In this document: positions 9,901 through 16,887 of the stretch, one piece after another | How the letters are laid out: each line of letters begins with the position of its first letter | Position numbering within the stretch: position 1 is the first letter of the stretch | DNA from: a virus | Lineage: Duplodnaviria > Caudoviricetes | Length of the DNA stretch: 27,512 nt | Reading direction: 5' to 3' (one strand) | Virus record (IMG/VR): IMGVR_UViG_3300012952_000099 | Span: 1-27,512 of that record | Translations under genes and position numbers: made by a program | Notes under the pieces: model-generated | What the model was told of the DNA's origin: nothing | Database searches by the model: none | The model's input: the letters and a program-made list of their open reading frames with translations, nothing else

Positions 9901-12095
9901 CACAATTACCTGGTGGATCTACTGCTACAGCAAGTATAGAAGTTTCTAATGGTCAAATTTATAATGCTGAGGTATCACTTAGTGGATTTGGATATACAGA
10001 AGCACCATCAGTTGTTGTGAAAGGCGTCGGAAATGGTGCTGGAGGGTGTGAAATACAAACCTTTATAGAAATAGACACACCAGCTGTTAGAATGGGTGTA
10101 GCGGTTGATGCAGGGGAAGTAACAAATTCTACAACACCAACACATTTTGCATTTGATTTTCCTGTCTATTTACAGAATGATACTGAATATGCATTAGTAA
10201 TAGAAACAGATTCTACTGATTACGAACTTTGGGTTTCTAAACTTGGTGATACAGATATTGCCACAAGTACGGTTATCACAACTCAACCTTCATTAGGTTC
10301 GGTTTACCGATCACAAAACACTGAGAGTTGGACTGAGGATATATTTGAAGATCTTAAGTTTACTCTTTACAGAGCAGAATTTAATACAACAAGACCTGCA
10401 GAACTTCTTCTCAAAAATGTTAATCTTGGTTATGAACTTTTAGATGCAAATCCAATTGAAACAAATGCAAGTTCTAACTCTGCCTCCACATCTACTTTAT
10501 TCAAGAACAATAATTCTGTTATTAAAGTAAATCATAGAGATAATGGTTTTGAAGATAGTGGTAAATCTTATGTCTTTTATAGAACTGCAGTTGAGACTGG
10601 AGGTATTACTGCTTCTACAATCAATAGCAATCTATTTAAAGTAACCAACTCTGGTATTGATTCATATAATATTCTTTCACCATCTCAAGCTGCAGGAAAC
10701 TCTCTAGGTGGTGGTACTTCTGTATACGCAAGTCATAACAGAAAATTTGAGACTCTATACCCACAAATTCATTACCTAACATTTACAGGCACAACACTAG
10801 ATGTTTCTGTAAAAACTACCAATGTAGTTCCTGTAGATTCTTCTACAACAAATTATACTTCATATTCACAGGCAGAATATGAAAAAACTTTCCTAAATGA
10901 ACCACATTACTTTACTAATCAGAAAATGATTTCTTCTGAGATTAATGAAACTTTAAACAATCTTCAGAGATCTTTAACTTACAAAATACAGTTAACTTCT
11001 ACTTCTAGTAATCTTTCTCCAATTATTGATCTTTCTAGTGCGTCTGTAAAAACAGTAAGTAATAGAATAGAAAATGCAAAAGGAGAAGAAAACAGATTTG
11101 GTAGAAGAGATCAAGTGGTTGAATTTTTCCCAGTGTATCAATTTGAACTTGCTGGTAATTCTGGAACTCAACTACAAGCTGATCAAACAATTGAAGGTCA
11201 AACTTCTAAAACAACTGGAACCATTGCAAGAGTTAATGGACAAGTTGTATATGTTAGAGTTAAGACAAGTCAATTCTTCCAAAAGGGAGAAACTGTTTCT
11301 TTAGGTAATCAATCTCAACTAACAAGTGTTGTTGTTGATTCTAATCCAATACAAGTATTTGCATCTATTGATGACGGTGCTACTATTGTAGCAAGAAATC
11401 CTTCTGTAATTCTTGAAACATATGATAATATTATTACTGGTAAAACAGTTATCTGGAATACTCAAACTCAAGAATTAACTGCTAGAGTTGACGTTAATCC
11501 AATTAATGATAACTATACTGACAAAATTGTTGATAATGTTTTATATAACAGAAATGCTGTTGTTGGTGATCAAGTTGCAGATATTTTCCGTGTAGGAGAT
11601 TTCATTAAATATCCTAATCAACCAGATGAAGAAGCAAACTATTTAGAAGTAGGTAAAATTACCTATACTAATGGTGTTGATTTTGTTGCTGAGGATACAT
11701 CTAAGAATGGTTCTGCAGTAGCTAAGTATGTAACTAAAGAAGTTGTTATCAGCAGTCCAGCAACTGCTATTGATGTACATCTAATGGCGAATGTCAAAGA
11801 TATTTCTAATATTCAAGTTCTTTACAAATTTAAGAAAGCTTCTAGTCAAGAAAACTTTGAAGACATTGATTGGGTATTATTTAATGGTAATGGACAACCT
11901 GATACTTTAGAATTAGCAACCACAGAGAATACTATATCAAGTGTTGTTGAGAAACAATCTTCTTATCAAGATCTTAAATATAGTGTATCTGATATTGAAG
12001 AATACTCATCATTTGCTATCAAAGTTGTGATGCTTGGGGTTGATCCTTCATTTGCTCCTAAGATTCAAGATATTCGTGCTGTTGCTGCATTCTAA
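3999..12095 (+). CDS. Large virion structural protein, VrlC-like / DUF4815 family (2698 aa)
   Basis: N-terminus MPQKTNLNVNPYYEDFD..KNFYKILFRPGYSIQSRELTQVQSILQNQ. Internal motifs APGAHRLKI, LARRTFDESGDYVV, RRYTMRDIGKLEKRIERLEYYTTLSILE, DRFKSGFFVDNF and PLAQTF. C-terminal FAIKVVM..PKIQDIRAVA. These features, and the position after gp8, are typical of this family in cyanomyoviruses. Confidence 0.85.
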   Translation: MPQKTNLNVNPYYEDFDASKNFYKILFRPGYSIQSRELTQVQSILQNQLESFGKYAFKQGELVIPGEVGLNTKLDYVKLSSVSEVAISEGDDIVYKKYDISQLVGQQVQGLTSGVVATILSTKLATESSADTLFVNYINSGNSNTESTFRQGETLEVVDGVNTPLLVVGTDGSVLPTSIQITNPDTGEVTSLESSAMGFGSAVKVEEGIYFVNGYFVRNDEALLIIDEYYDKPSAKVGFTIKEEIVTPEEEASLYDNSIGSANYTAPGAHRLKISLELKEFALNAITDKNFIQLLTVSKGQVQSKISSTDFSVLEQTLARRTFDESGDYVVDNFSVDVREFAQKDGNRGIFGVDEFGLYNGKSATEAARKMIASIGPGKAYIKGYEIVNKETKYLEINKARESLSSDNVNLKSKGLPTYSITNVYGSVPLNKEGSELTAYPDVFLYSTFNDGSIGLNNTELSTDHRQTIDRRGKIFNTDDGIKTITLQITNTTTLIGAVTDSTFQTQFGELFYIKTRSDGGSPTAISSFKTLSFATSNKPLINSSESVQFLELTVYGNKNELELLAIEYDLSDSEYKRKIYLTEADASANNNEFGFVVDYSDIITPIIGKTKPSNLFLQSRGSGFNSDSDIVLSKGRLEAGTSAYNTTFGYSYFDPQFFTKIILESIPAGANSFDEGKYVFGLNSNAYGVVEGSAAGVYSTGRILFVKTLSGKFISGETIRDEDGNTVKIAKDNTISHFVVQNRGLGYADGVSLLINGLEFDASKIALGKTIAGNIYNATIINRKAVNVEYAQPPAITVKNPDGASAPSSAAAVVPVLFRNTVTTYTPQNVKSIGCNYGSGNSNSFSADVVVDSQTFSEIKAVTNYTFFGSKGSNFIESTSFSADASVVLQQGDLVQFSDDSNNLVRAIVQYATKQEGSSKSRVYLDTALPGNVTNTSIVRLRPKVSNTNSGTLLFPTGSKQVSQISSGGDDTKIKYYFRRDFVTTASSGGGTITFAAQLPFGTQRFAAFSESNFIITVLDPGDAPNIVKGDIVYVSDDAVEISSATDTASGLTSGSISLQLASTYFGTIPTNGTFPKLKLTATLEVSNAKPRLKTAVKNKRIVVASAGDRIVPFRGVDYDTEVVETLSYSDAFKLKYIYEGTSSQAPNVDSAGNLISGTDVTARYSFDNGQRDTLYDVSRIVLKPGFEPAVGQLLIAFDYFEQSQGDFCTIDSYLHEAGVPEDEIPSFNSSVHGNLELKNVIDFRPKVDSSAIIPGFLNIASLETTVGSFAGSGAVLASTPAPDSNLEYTFSFSQIQYLDRIDGIFLDKKGQFVVKEGNSSLNPSKPDPIDDAVPLFYAYIPAFTKTTKDVRITPVDNRRYTMRDIGKLEKRIERLEYYTTLSILEQQALNMQVKDEIGLDRFKSGFFVDNFEAHKVGNLQSLDYRCAVDSQQSVLRPQAKEDSVNLEEVNVREDQRSVSGYKKSGHMVTLPYSPLSLLGNDFASKTLNPNPFVVLQYVGDGEISPSIDHWYDQTEEPLVVDTNTDLFNIFLAKENVKESFSSLFNSFVVNWVGTSTSFTTINSLGQVNTQQAITSVASASVASSSNISPQNNEVGKGIQTKSVGESLVSTSLAFFARSVPIKYVIKRMKPNTKMYVFLEGRDIGRWVNPDLRYTGIAGNSLSAFNGEITTDEYGNASGLIVVPAGLPPSENATWTGDVDTLPYDTSAEEVSITSGILTFRFTSSATNAAKEEVDSYTEVKYYATGILPENPSSIISTKPSYFKSNEGIQLIESNTDNPIRPNPLAQTFKVENLDGGCFVTGVDIFFSKKSTNIPVKTYITNVDAEKPAKNIVPGSEKTLTPNTFLKCFASGNMSVLKGESVTGASSSASGPILKIFDKNNVELVATASGRYSLTNEQVYTVVLNNHNGKSFVENEDLIIPSVTEANALNNTDLVLAIAKDSGKVSRMRITNTGQNYDSAILTIESPQLPGGSTATASIEVSNGQIYNAEVSLSGFGYTEAPSVVVKGVGNGAGGCEIQTFIEIDTPAVRMGVAVDAGEVTNSTTPTHFAFDFPVYLQNDTEYALVIETDSTDYELWVSKLGDTDIATSTVITTQPSLGSVYRSQNTESWTEDIFEDLKFTLYRAEFNTTRPAELLLKNVNLGYELLDANPIETNASSNSASTSTLFKNNNSVIKVNHRDNGFEDSGKSYVFYRTAVETGGITASTINSNLFKVTNSGIDSYNILSPSQAAGNSLGGGTSVYASHNRKFETLYPQIHYLTFTGTTLDVSVKTTNVVPVDSSTTNYTSYSQAEYEKTFLNEPHYFTNQKMISSEINETLNNLQRSLTYKIQLTSTSSNLSPIIDLSSASVKTVSNRIENAKGEENRFGRRDQVVEFFPVYQFELAGNSGTQLQADQTIEGQTSKTTGTIARVNGQVVYVRVKTSQFFQKGETVSLGNQSQLTSVVVDSNPIQVFASIDDGATIVARNPSVILETYDNIITGKTVIWNTQTQELTARVDVNPINDNYTDKIVDNVLYNRNAVVGDQVADIFRVGDFIKYPNQPDEEANYLEVGKITYTNGVDFVAEDTSKNGSAVAKYVTKEVVISSPATAIDVHLMANVKDISNIQVLYKFKKASSQENFEDIDWVLFNGNGQPDTLELATTENTISSVVEKQSSYQDLKYSVSDIEEYSSFAIKVVMLGVDPSFAPKIQDIRAVAAF

Positions 12096-12104
12096 CTTCC
12101 GCGT

Positions 12105-12311
12105 ATGGACTTTATTAAAGTTAAAGGGCATGATGGTCTTGTAAGAGACAAGAACACAGGTGCCATCATCAATTTGGATGATTCTGCAATAGTTGCTAGA
12201 CGAAAGTCAAAACAACTTGGTTCCGCGTTGGAAGACATAAATATTTTGAAGAATGAAGTTTCTGAGATCAAATCTTTACTTAGAGAGTTAATTAAAAATG
12301 CCAGCAATTAA
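12105..12311 (+). CDS. Small conserved phage hypothetical protein (68 aa) with a C-terminal coiled coil
   Basis: Fills the gap between two large genes. It carries the KVKGHDGLVRDKNTGAIIN motif typical of the small gene following VrlC-like genes, plus a heptad-like tail LEDINILKNEVSEIKSLLRELI. It overlaps the next start by 14 nt. Confidence 0.8.
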   Translation: MDFIKVKGHDGLVRDKNTGAIINLDDSAIVARRKSKQLGSALEDINILKNEVSEIKSLLRELIKNASN

Positions 12312-15300
12312 TGTAGCAAAAACTGATACCTTTGAACGCCAAAGGTTGAAGATTAACCAAATTGGTGATCAGATTTTTAGTATTGCTCAAGGAGGAAGTG
12401 ATCTTTCCACAGGTAATTTAAAACTAGGTGATGGTACACGAGTTGCTCCATCTCTTGGATTTGTTAATGACACTAAACTGGGTGTGTATAGAGCTAGTTT
12501 AGGTGTATTAGGATTTGTAGCTGGAGAAAAAAATATATTAGATTTATCTCTTGAAGGAGGTAAATGGTATAACGATTACAAATTAGTAAAAAAAGAATTA
12601 ACAACTAGTCAAACTACAATCACTGCTGCTGGTCAAAATTATGACGCAGGTTCTTACAGTGATGTAACTTTTACAGGTGGTTCTGGTCAGTTTGGTACAG
12701 GTGATATTACAGTAACTGGAGCTGAGGGAACTCTTACAAATGGTGGTTCTGGATATGAACCAGGACAATATAATGGAGTTGATTTAACTGGTGGTAATGG
12801 ATCTGGTTTATCAGTTTCAATTACAGTTGATGATACTGAAATTGAGTTAACTACTGGTGGTAGTGGTTATGCTGATGGTTTTTATAGTGCTATTCCTTTA
12901 ACAGGTGGTAATGGATCTGGAGCAGAAATAGGATTTTCTGTTGGTTCTGGAGCAATCACTGCGGTAACATTGTCTAATCCTGGTTCTGGTTATACAAACG
13001 GAGATGTATTATCAGTAGATCCTGCTTTTGATGGTGTTGGATCTGGTTCTAATTTCTCTGTAACTGTAACTACTTTTCCTGGAGTAATCACCACATGTAC
13101 TATATTTTCTAGTGGATCTGGTTATACAACAGGTGATGTATTAGGAGTAAATCCATCTTTTGATAGTGTTGGATCTGGTTCTAATTTTTCTTTCACATTA
13201 GGTAATATTGGTTTTGTCGCAGCAGTTACCATAAACAATTCTGGAATTGGATATGGTGCGGGTGATATTTTAAGTGTGAATCCAATTGATTTAACTCAAC
13301 CAATTGCTATTGTAAATTATGTTAATCCAGTTTCTGTAATTACTTTTACTGGTACTATTGCTGCTGGAACATTTACCACATCTGATACTGTACAGACACC
13401 TGGTGGAGTAGCATCAACTCTATCAGTGACCGCTGAGACAACTATCGCTGGAGAGGCAAACAACACATATACAGGAGTAGCTGGAACTGGCGGAACAGGA
13501 TCTGGTGTCACATTTGATGTAGCAAGAGGTTTTGACGGAGCAGTTGCTACTGTCACTATCAACTCAGGTGGTGCTTTCTATACAGCAGCTGATCCAATTA
13601 CAATTGCAGGTAATTTAGTTGGTGGATCTTCTCCTGCTGACAATATTACACTAACCATTGATACAGTATCTGCTGGTGGTTTAGCAGTTGCCATTTATAA
13701 AGTTGTTGAATCTGGTGGTAATCTTTCTTACTTAATTACAGAACCAGCAGGAGTTTCAAATGGTGACACTTTAGTAAGAAGTGCTGCACCAACTACAGGA
13801 CTTACAACAAATACTGTTAATAATAAAAACAAATATTTTCTTGATACTGGAAGTGGACAAGCATTAACTCCAGACCTAACATTTTACGTTGGAAGCAAAT
13901 ATAGTTTCAATACATCTGATAGTTCAAATAGCGGTCATCCATTTAAGTTATCCATTCATCCAAATGGTATACACAATACAGTAACCAAAACTAGTGTTAC
14001 TTTAACAGCAGCTAGTAATCAAATTACAGTTTCTTCTAATGCTGGTATTCTATTAGGAATGCTTGTTAGTCTTGAATCAGGTGGCACAGGAGGAATAGGA
14101 TTTGGAGTTACAGTTCAAGCTATTAATGGTAACGTAATTACATTATCAGCAAATGTAGAAACATCAGGAACATCAGATGTTAAATTTGCTGGAGCTCCAT
14201 ACACAGATGGTGTCGTAACTTCTTCTAATAATATAGAAGTTACTATAAGTGCCACCACGCCAACACCTCTTTATTATTATTGTGAAGTACACCCAAATAT
14301 GGGTAGCGAAGATGGTAATGAAGCTACAATCACAATAGATGCAAATAACCCAAAAACTTTTGGATCTGGATTCCAATTAACTGTTAATGGTGTTGCTGAG
14401 TCAGAACCAATTAAAACAAATGTTTTAACTGGAGATTTTACAGCGAGTAGTTTTACAGGAACATCTGCTACTTTAACTTCTTTGAATGTTAATACTGTAA
14501 CTGCTACTCAAACAATTTCTACAAATGTCTTAACTGTAGACACTCAAATTAATTCAACCAACTTAGATATTTCAGCAACATCAATTACTGTTGACTCTAA
14601 TTTGACAGTTGGTGTAATTGACGTTAACAAAGTTACTGGAGATATTACTACATCTGGAGCGATAAAAACCACTAATGAACTTAATGTTAATGATCTTACA
14701 AAAATTAATAATGCTGGTAAATTAACATCCTTAGGAACAAGTGATCTTGTTCTTTCTCCTGCTGTTGGAAGAGTTGCAAAAGTTGAAGGATTGACATCCT
14801 TAGTTATTCCAAAAGGAACTACATTAGATAGACCAGGTGCAGCTATAGTAGAAGATGGTGCTATCAGATATAACACAGATACAAATCAATACGAAGGATA
14901 TAACTCAGGAACTACTTCTTGGTCTTCTCTTGGTGGTGTTCGTGATATTGATGGTAATACTTATATTCTAGCAGAACTAACAGCTGGTGCAAATGACAAT
15001 ACATTATGGTTCTATAATGATTCTGTTAACACAGTTAGATTTACACCGACATCTTTTGAGTTTCATGCTGTAAAAGAATTATCTTCTGTAAAATTAGGCA
15101 TACCATCATACACAGTTTGGACAGCAAACTCTCCTGTGACAACTGGACAATATCTCAAGTATAGAAATAATTTATATGAAGTAACATCATCTGGTACAAC
15201 AGCAACAGTTGGAAGCGAACCAACACATACTAGTGGAGCACAAAACAATGGAACTGCTCAACTTACTTGGTCTCAACTTGCAGTAGGTCCTATTACATTT

Positions 15301-16341
15301 AATGATGCAGAAGAAGTTCAAATAGGTCCTTTTAAAAATACTCCTTTAGTTATTGGTCAAGAACTTAAACTTGATGATAATAGAATTTCTACACAGGTTC
15401 AAGATTTAATTATTCAACCAAATGCTGGAAAACAAGTTATTGTTGATTCTGTAACTCATTTTAGAATTCCTGCTGGTAATGATAACCAGAAATCAATTGC
15501 TTCACCTGGTCCTGGATCTATTAGATTTAATACACAAATACAACAGTTTGAAGGTTATAGTGGAACGAACTGGTCTTCTCTTGGTGGAGTTAGAGACGTT
15601 GATGGAAACACATACATTATTCCTGAAACTGCTCCTGCAGCAAATGAAAATATCCTTTACTTCTATAACAATAATGTCAATACAATTCAATTAACTGAGA
15701 CAGCATTAGATTTTACAAATATTGATACTATTACAACCAGTGGTGGAACAAGTCTTGCTCTTGAAACAGCAACTTTTACATTAAATTCTAACGATACCAC
15801 TATTGATAACACTGATGTAGCTAGAACATTTGTTCATACATCTAAGCAATACTTAGATTTAGGATTATCAAGTGGTCTAAATGTAGATCCTGTGTTGAGA
15901 TTAGATAATCAAGGTGATGTTTATCTTAACACTACGTTTGGTACTGGTAGCTTCAATGGGGTTAAGATTTTTGATGGAGACCTCAAAGAGTTTGAACTAG
16001 CAGATTATAAAATTAAATCTTCTACTTTTGCATTAGATAAGGGTGGATTAGAATCTTCTGCTGTAATTCTTTACCCAAGCGGGACTTCCAAAGGATGTAA
16101 AGTTACTGTGGTTTCTAAGTCTAGTTCTGGAAAAAGATCTATGTCTGAGTATGCAGTTATAGATAATGGAACGGATATTTTCCATAATGAATATGCTTCC
16201 TTAAATACTTCTGATGATCAATACACAGCAACATTTGACTTTACTGCTTCTACAGAACCAAGGATTACCTTAACTTTGACAAATGATCATGCGACTTCAG
16301 ATGTTATCAACTTTACCGTACTAGTTCAGGAGATCAAGTAA
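12298..16341 (+). CDS. Modular virion structural / fibre-associated protein (1347 aa)
   Basis: N-terminus MPAINVAKTDTFERQRLKINQIG. It contains Gly/Thr-rich GxGY beta repeats, a cupredoxin-like motif (GHPF...YYYCEVHPNMG), and two IPxG...G.IR[YF]NT...EGY...WSSLGGVRD.DGNTYI repeats. Confidence 0.8.
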   Translation: MPAINVAKTDTFERQRLKINQIGDQIFSIAQGGSDLSTGNLKLGDGTRVAPSLGFVNDTKLGVYRASLGVLGFVAGEKNILDLSLEGGKWYNDYKLVKKELTTSQTTITAAGQNYDAGSYSDVTFTGGSGQFGTGDITVTGAEGTLTNGGSGYEPGQYNGVDLTGGNGSGLSVSITVDDTEIELTTGGSGYADGFYSAIPLTGGNGSGAEIGFSVGSGAITAVTLSNPGSGYTNGDVLSVDPAFDGVGSGSNFSVTVTTFPGVITTCTIFSSGSGYTTGDVLGVNPSFDSVGSGSNFSFTLGNIGFVAAVTINNSGIGYGAGDILSVNPIDLTQPIAIVNYVNPVSVITFTGTIAAGTFTTSDTVQTPGGVASTLSVTAETTIAGEANNTYTGVAGTGGTGSGVTFDVARGFDGAVATVTINSGGAFYTAADPITIAGNLVGGSSPADNITLTIDTVSAGGLAVAIYKVVESGGNLSYLITEPAGVSNGDTLVRSAAPTTGLTTNTVNNKNKYFLDTGSGQALTPDLTFYVGSKYSFNTSDSSNSGHPFKLSIHPNGIHNTVTKTSVTLTAASNQITVSSNAGILLGMLVSLESGGTGGIGFGVTVQAINGNVITLSANVETSGTSDVKFAGAPYTDGVVTSSNNIEVTISATTPTPLYYYCEVHPNMGSEDGNEATITIDANNPKTFGSGFQLTVNGVAESEPIKTNVLTGDFTASSFTGTSATLTSLNVNTVTATQTISTNVLTVDTQINSTNLDISATSITVDSNLTVGVIDVNKVTGDITTSGAIKTTNELNVNDLTKINNAGKLTSLGTSDLVLSPAVGRVAKVEGLTSLVIPKGTTLDRPGAAIVEDGAIRYNTDTNQYEGYNSGTTSWSSLGGVRDIDGNTYILAELTAGANDNTLWFYNDSVNTVRFTPTSFEFHAVKELSSVKLGIPSYTVWTANSPVTTGQYLKYRNNLYEVTSSGTTATVGSEPTHTSGAQNNGTAQLTWSQLAVGPITFNDAEEVQIGPFKNTPLVIGQELKLDDNRISTQVQDLIIQPNAGKQVIVDSVTHFRIPAGNDNQKSIASPGPGSIRFNTQIQQFEGYSGTNWSSLGGVRDVDGNTYIIPETAPAANENILYFYNNNVNTIQLTETALDFTNIDTITTSGGTSLALETATFTLNSNDTTIDNTDVARTFVHTSKQYLDLGLSSGLNVDPVLRLDNQGDVYLNTTFGTGSFNGVKIFDGDLKEFELADYKIKSSTFALDKGGLESSAVILYPSGTSKGCKVTVVSKSSSGKRSMSEYAVIDNGTDIFHNEYASLNTSDDQYTATFDFTASTEPRITLTLTNDHATSDVINFTVLVQEIK
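12982..13191 (+). repeat. Intragenic tandem duplication, period 132 nt (44 aa)
   Basis: 12982-13059 and 13114-13191 encode GSGYTNGDVLSVDPAFDGVGSGSNFS and GSGYTTGDVLGVNPSFDSVGSGSNFS. A 22-nt exact match, gtgttggatctggttctaattt, lies at 13034-13055 and 13166-13187. Confidence 0.85.
14806..15720 (+). repeat. Two-copy protein repeat (IPxG...IR[YF]NT...EGY...WSSLGGVRD.DGNTYI..E...AN.N.L.FYN)
   Basis: Copies at about 14806-15060 and 15466-15720. The exact 17-nt tggtcttctcttggtgg occurs at 14920-14936 and 15571-15587. Confidence 0.85.
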
Positions 16342-16842
16342 ATGGCAATTAATTTAAAAGAATTTGAATCACTAGGAGGTTTTTCTATTGGAGAGACTTC
16401 TGTAATTGATAAAGATAAAAACGCACAGGATCTCAATTCAATTGAGATGAAGAATTCATTTTATAGTGATAGTAAAACAACAAATTATATTTTAAGAGGT
16501 GTTAACACCGCAACACTTCAATTAGATACTGTTGGAACATCAATTACAATTGATAACAATACAATGAACTTTGTTACTGGTCATTTTATTGGAGTGAATC
16601 CATCAGGGGTAGTTTATACTGGAAAAATTGAAAGTGCTGTTTATTGCAGTGGAGCTGGTGCAGTGTCTGAACTTTCTAGTATGTTGACAATTATTAAAGA
16701 TGATATTCCAGTTAGTGAATCTTGGACAATCGCACCATTTACATCAACAAATCGTTTCAGTTATTCCACTGTGAGAACTGGAACCGTCCAAACTATTAAA
16801 TGGGCAGTATCAACCGAAGTTATAAGTATTGCTTGGTCTTGA
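16342..16842 (+). CDS. Putative virion structural protein (166 aa)
   Basis: The ATG directly abuts the previous stop (TAAATG). Composition is beta-rich with the same codon usage as the neighbours, and it sits inside a structural operon. Confidence 0.8.
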   Translation: MAINLKEFESLGGFSIGETSVIDKDKNAQDLNSIEMKNSFYSDSKTTNYILRGVNTATLQLDTVGTSITIDNNTMNFVTGHFIGVNPSGVVYTGKIESAVYCSGAGAVSELSSMLTIIKDDIPVSESWTIAPFTSTNRFSYSTVRTGTVQTIKWAVSTEVISIAWS

Positions 16843-16843
16843 T

Positions 16844-16851
16844 GCTAAATA
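16844..16851 (+). promoter_or_regulatory. Late promoter variant GCTAAATA
   Basis: Intergenic, 36 nt before the ATG at 16888, matching the arrangement at 3955. Confidence 0.65.
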
Positions 16852-16887
16852 TAAGATAGGAAAAATTGTCAAGGATACACGAGCACC

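Noticed and set aside
3999-12095. 'Virulence-associated' role implied by the VrlC name
   Set aside because: The name derives from the Dichelobacter vrl locus. In this context the protein is best read as a phage structural protein.
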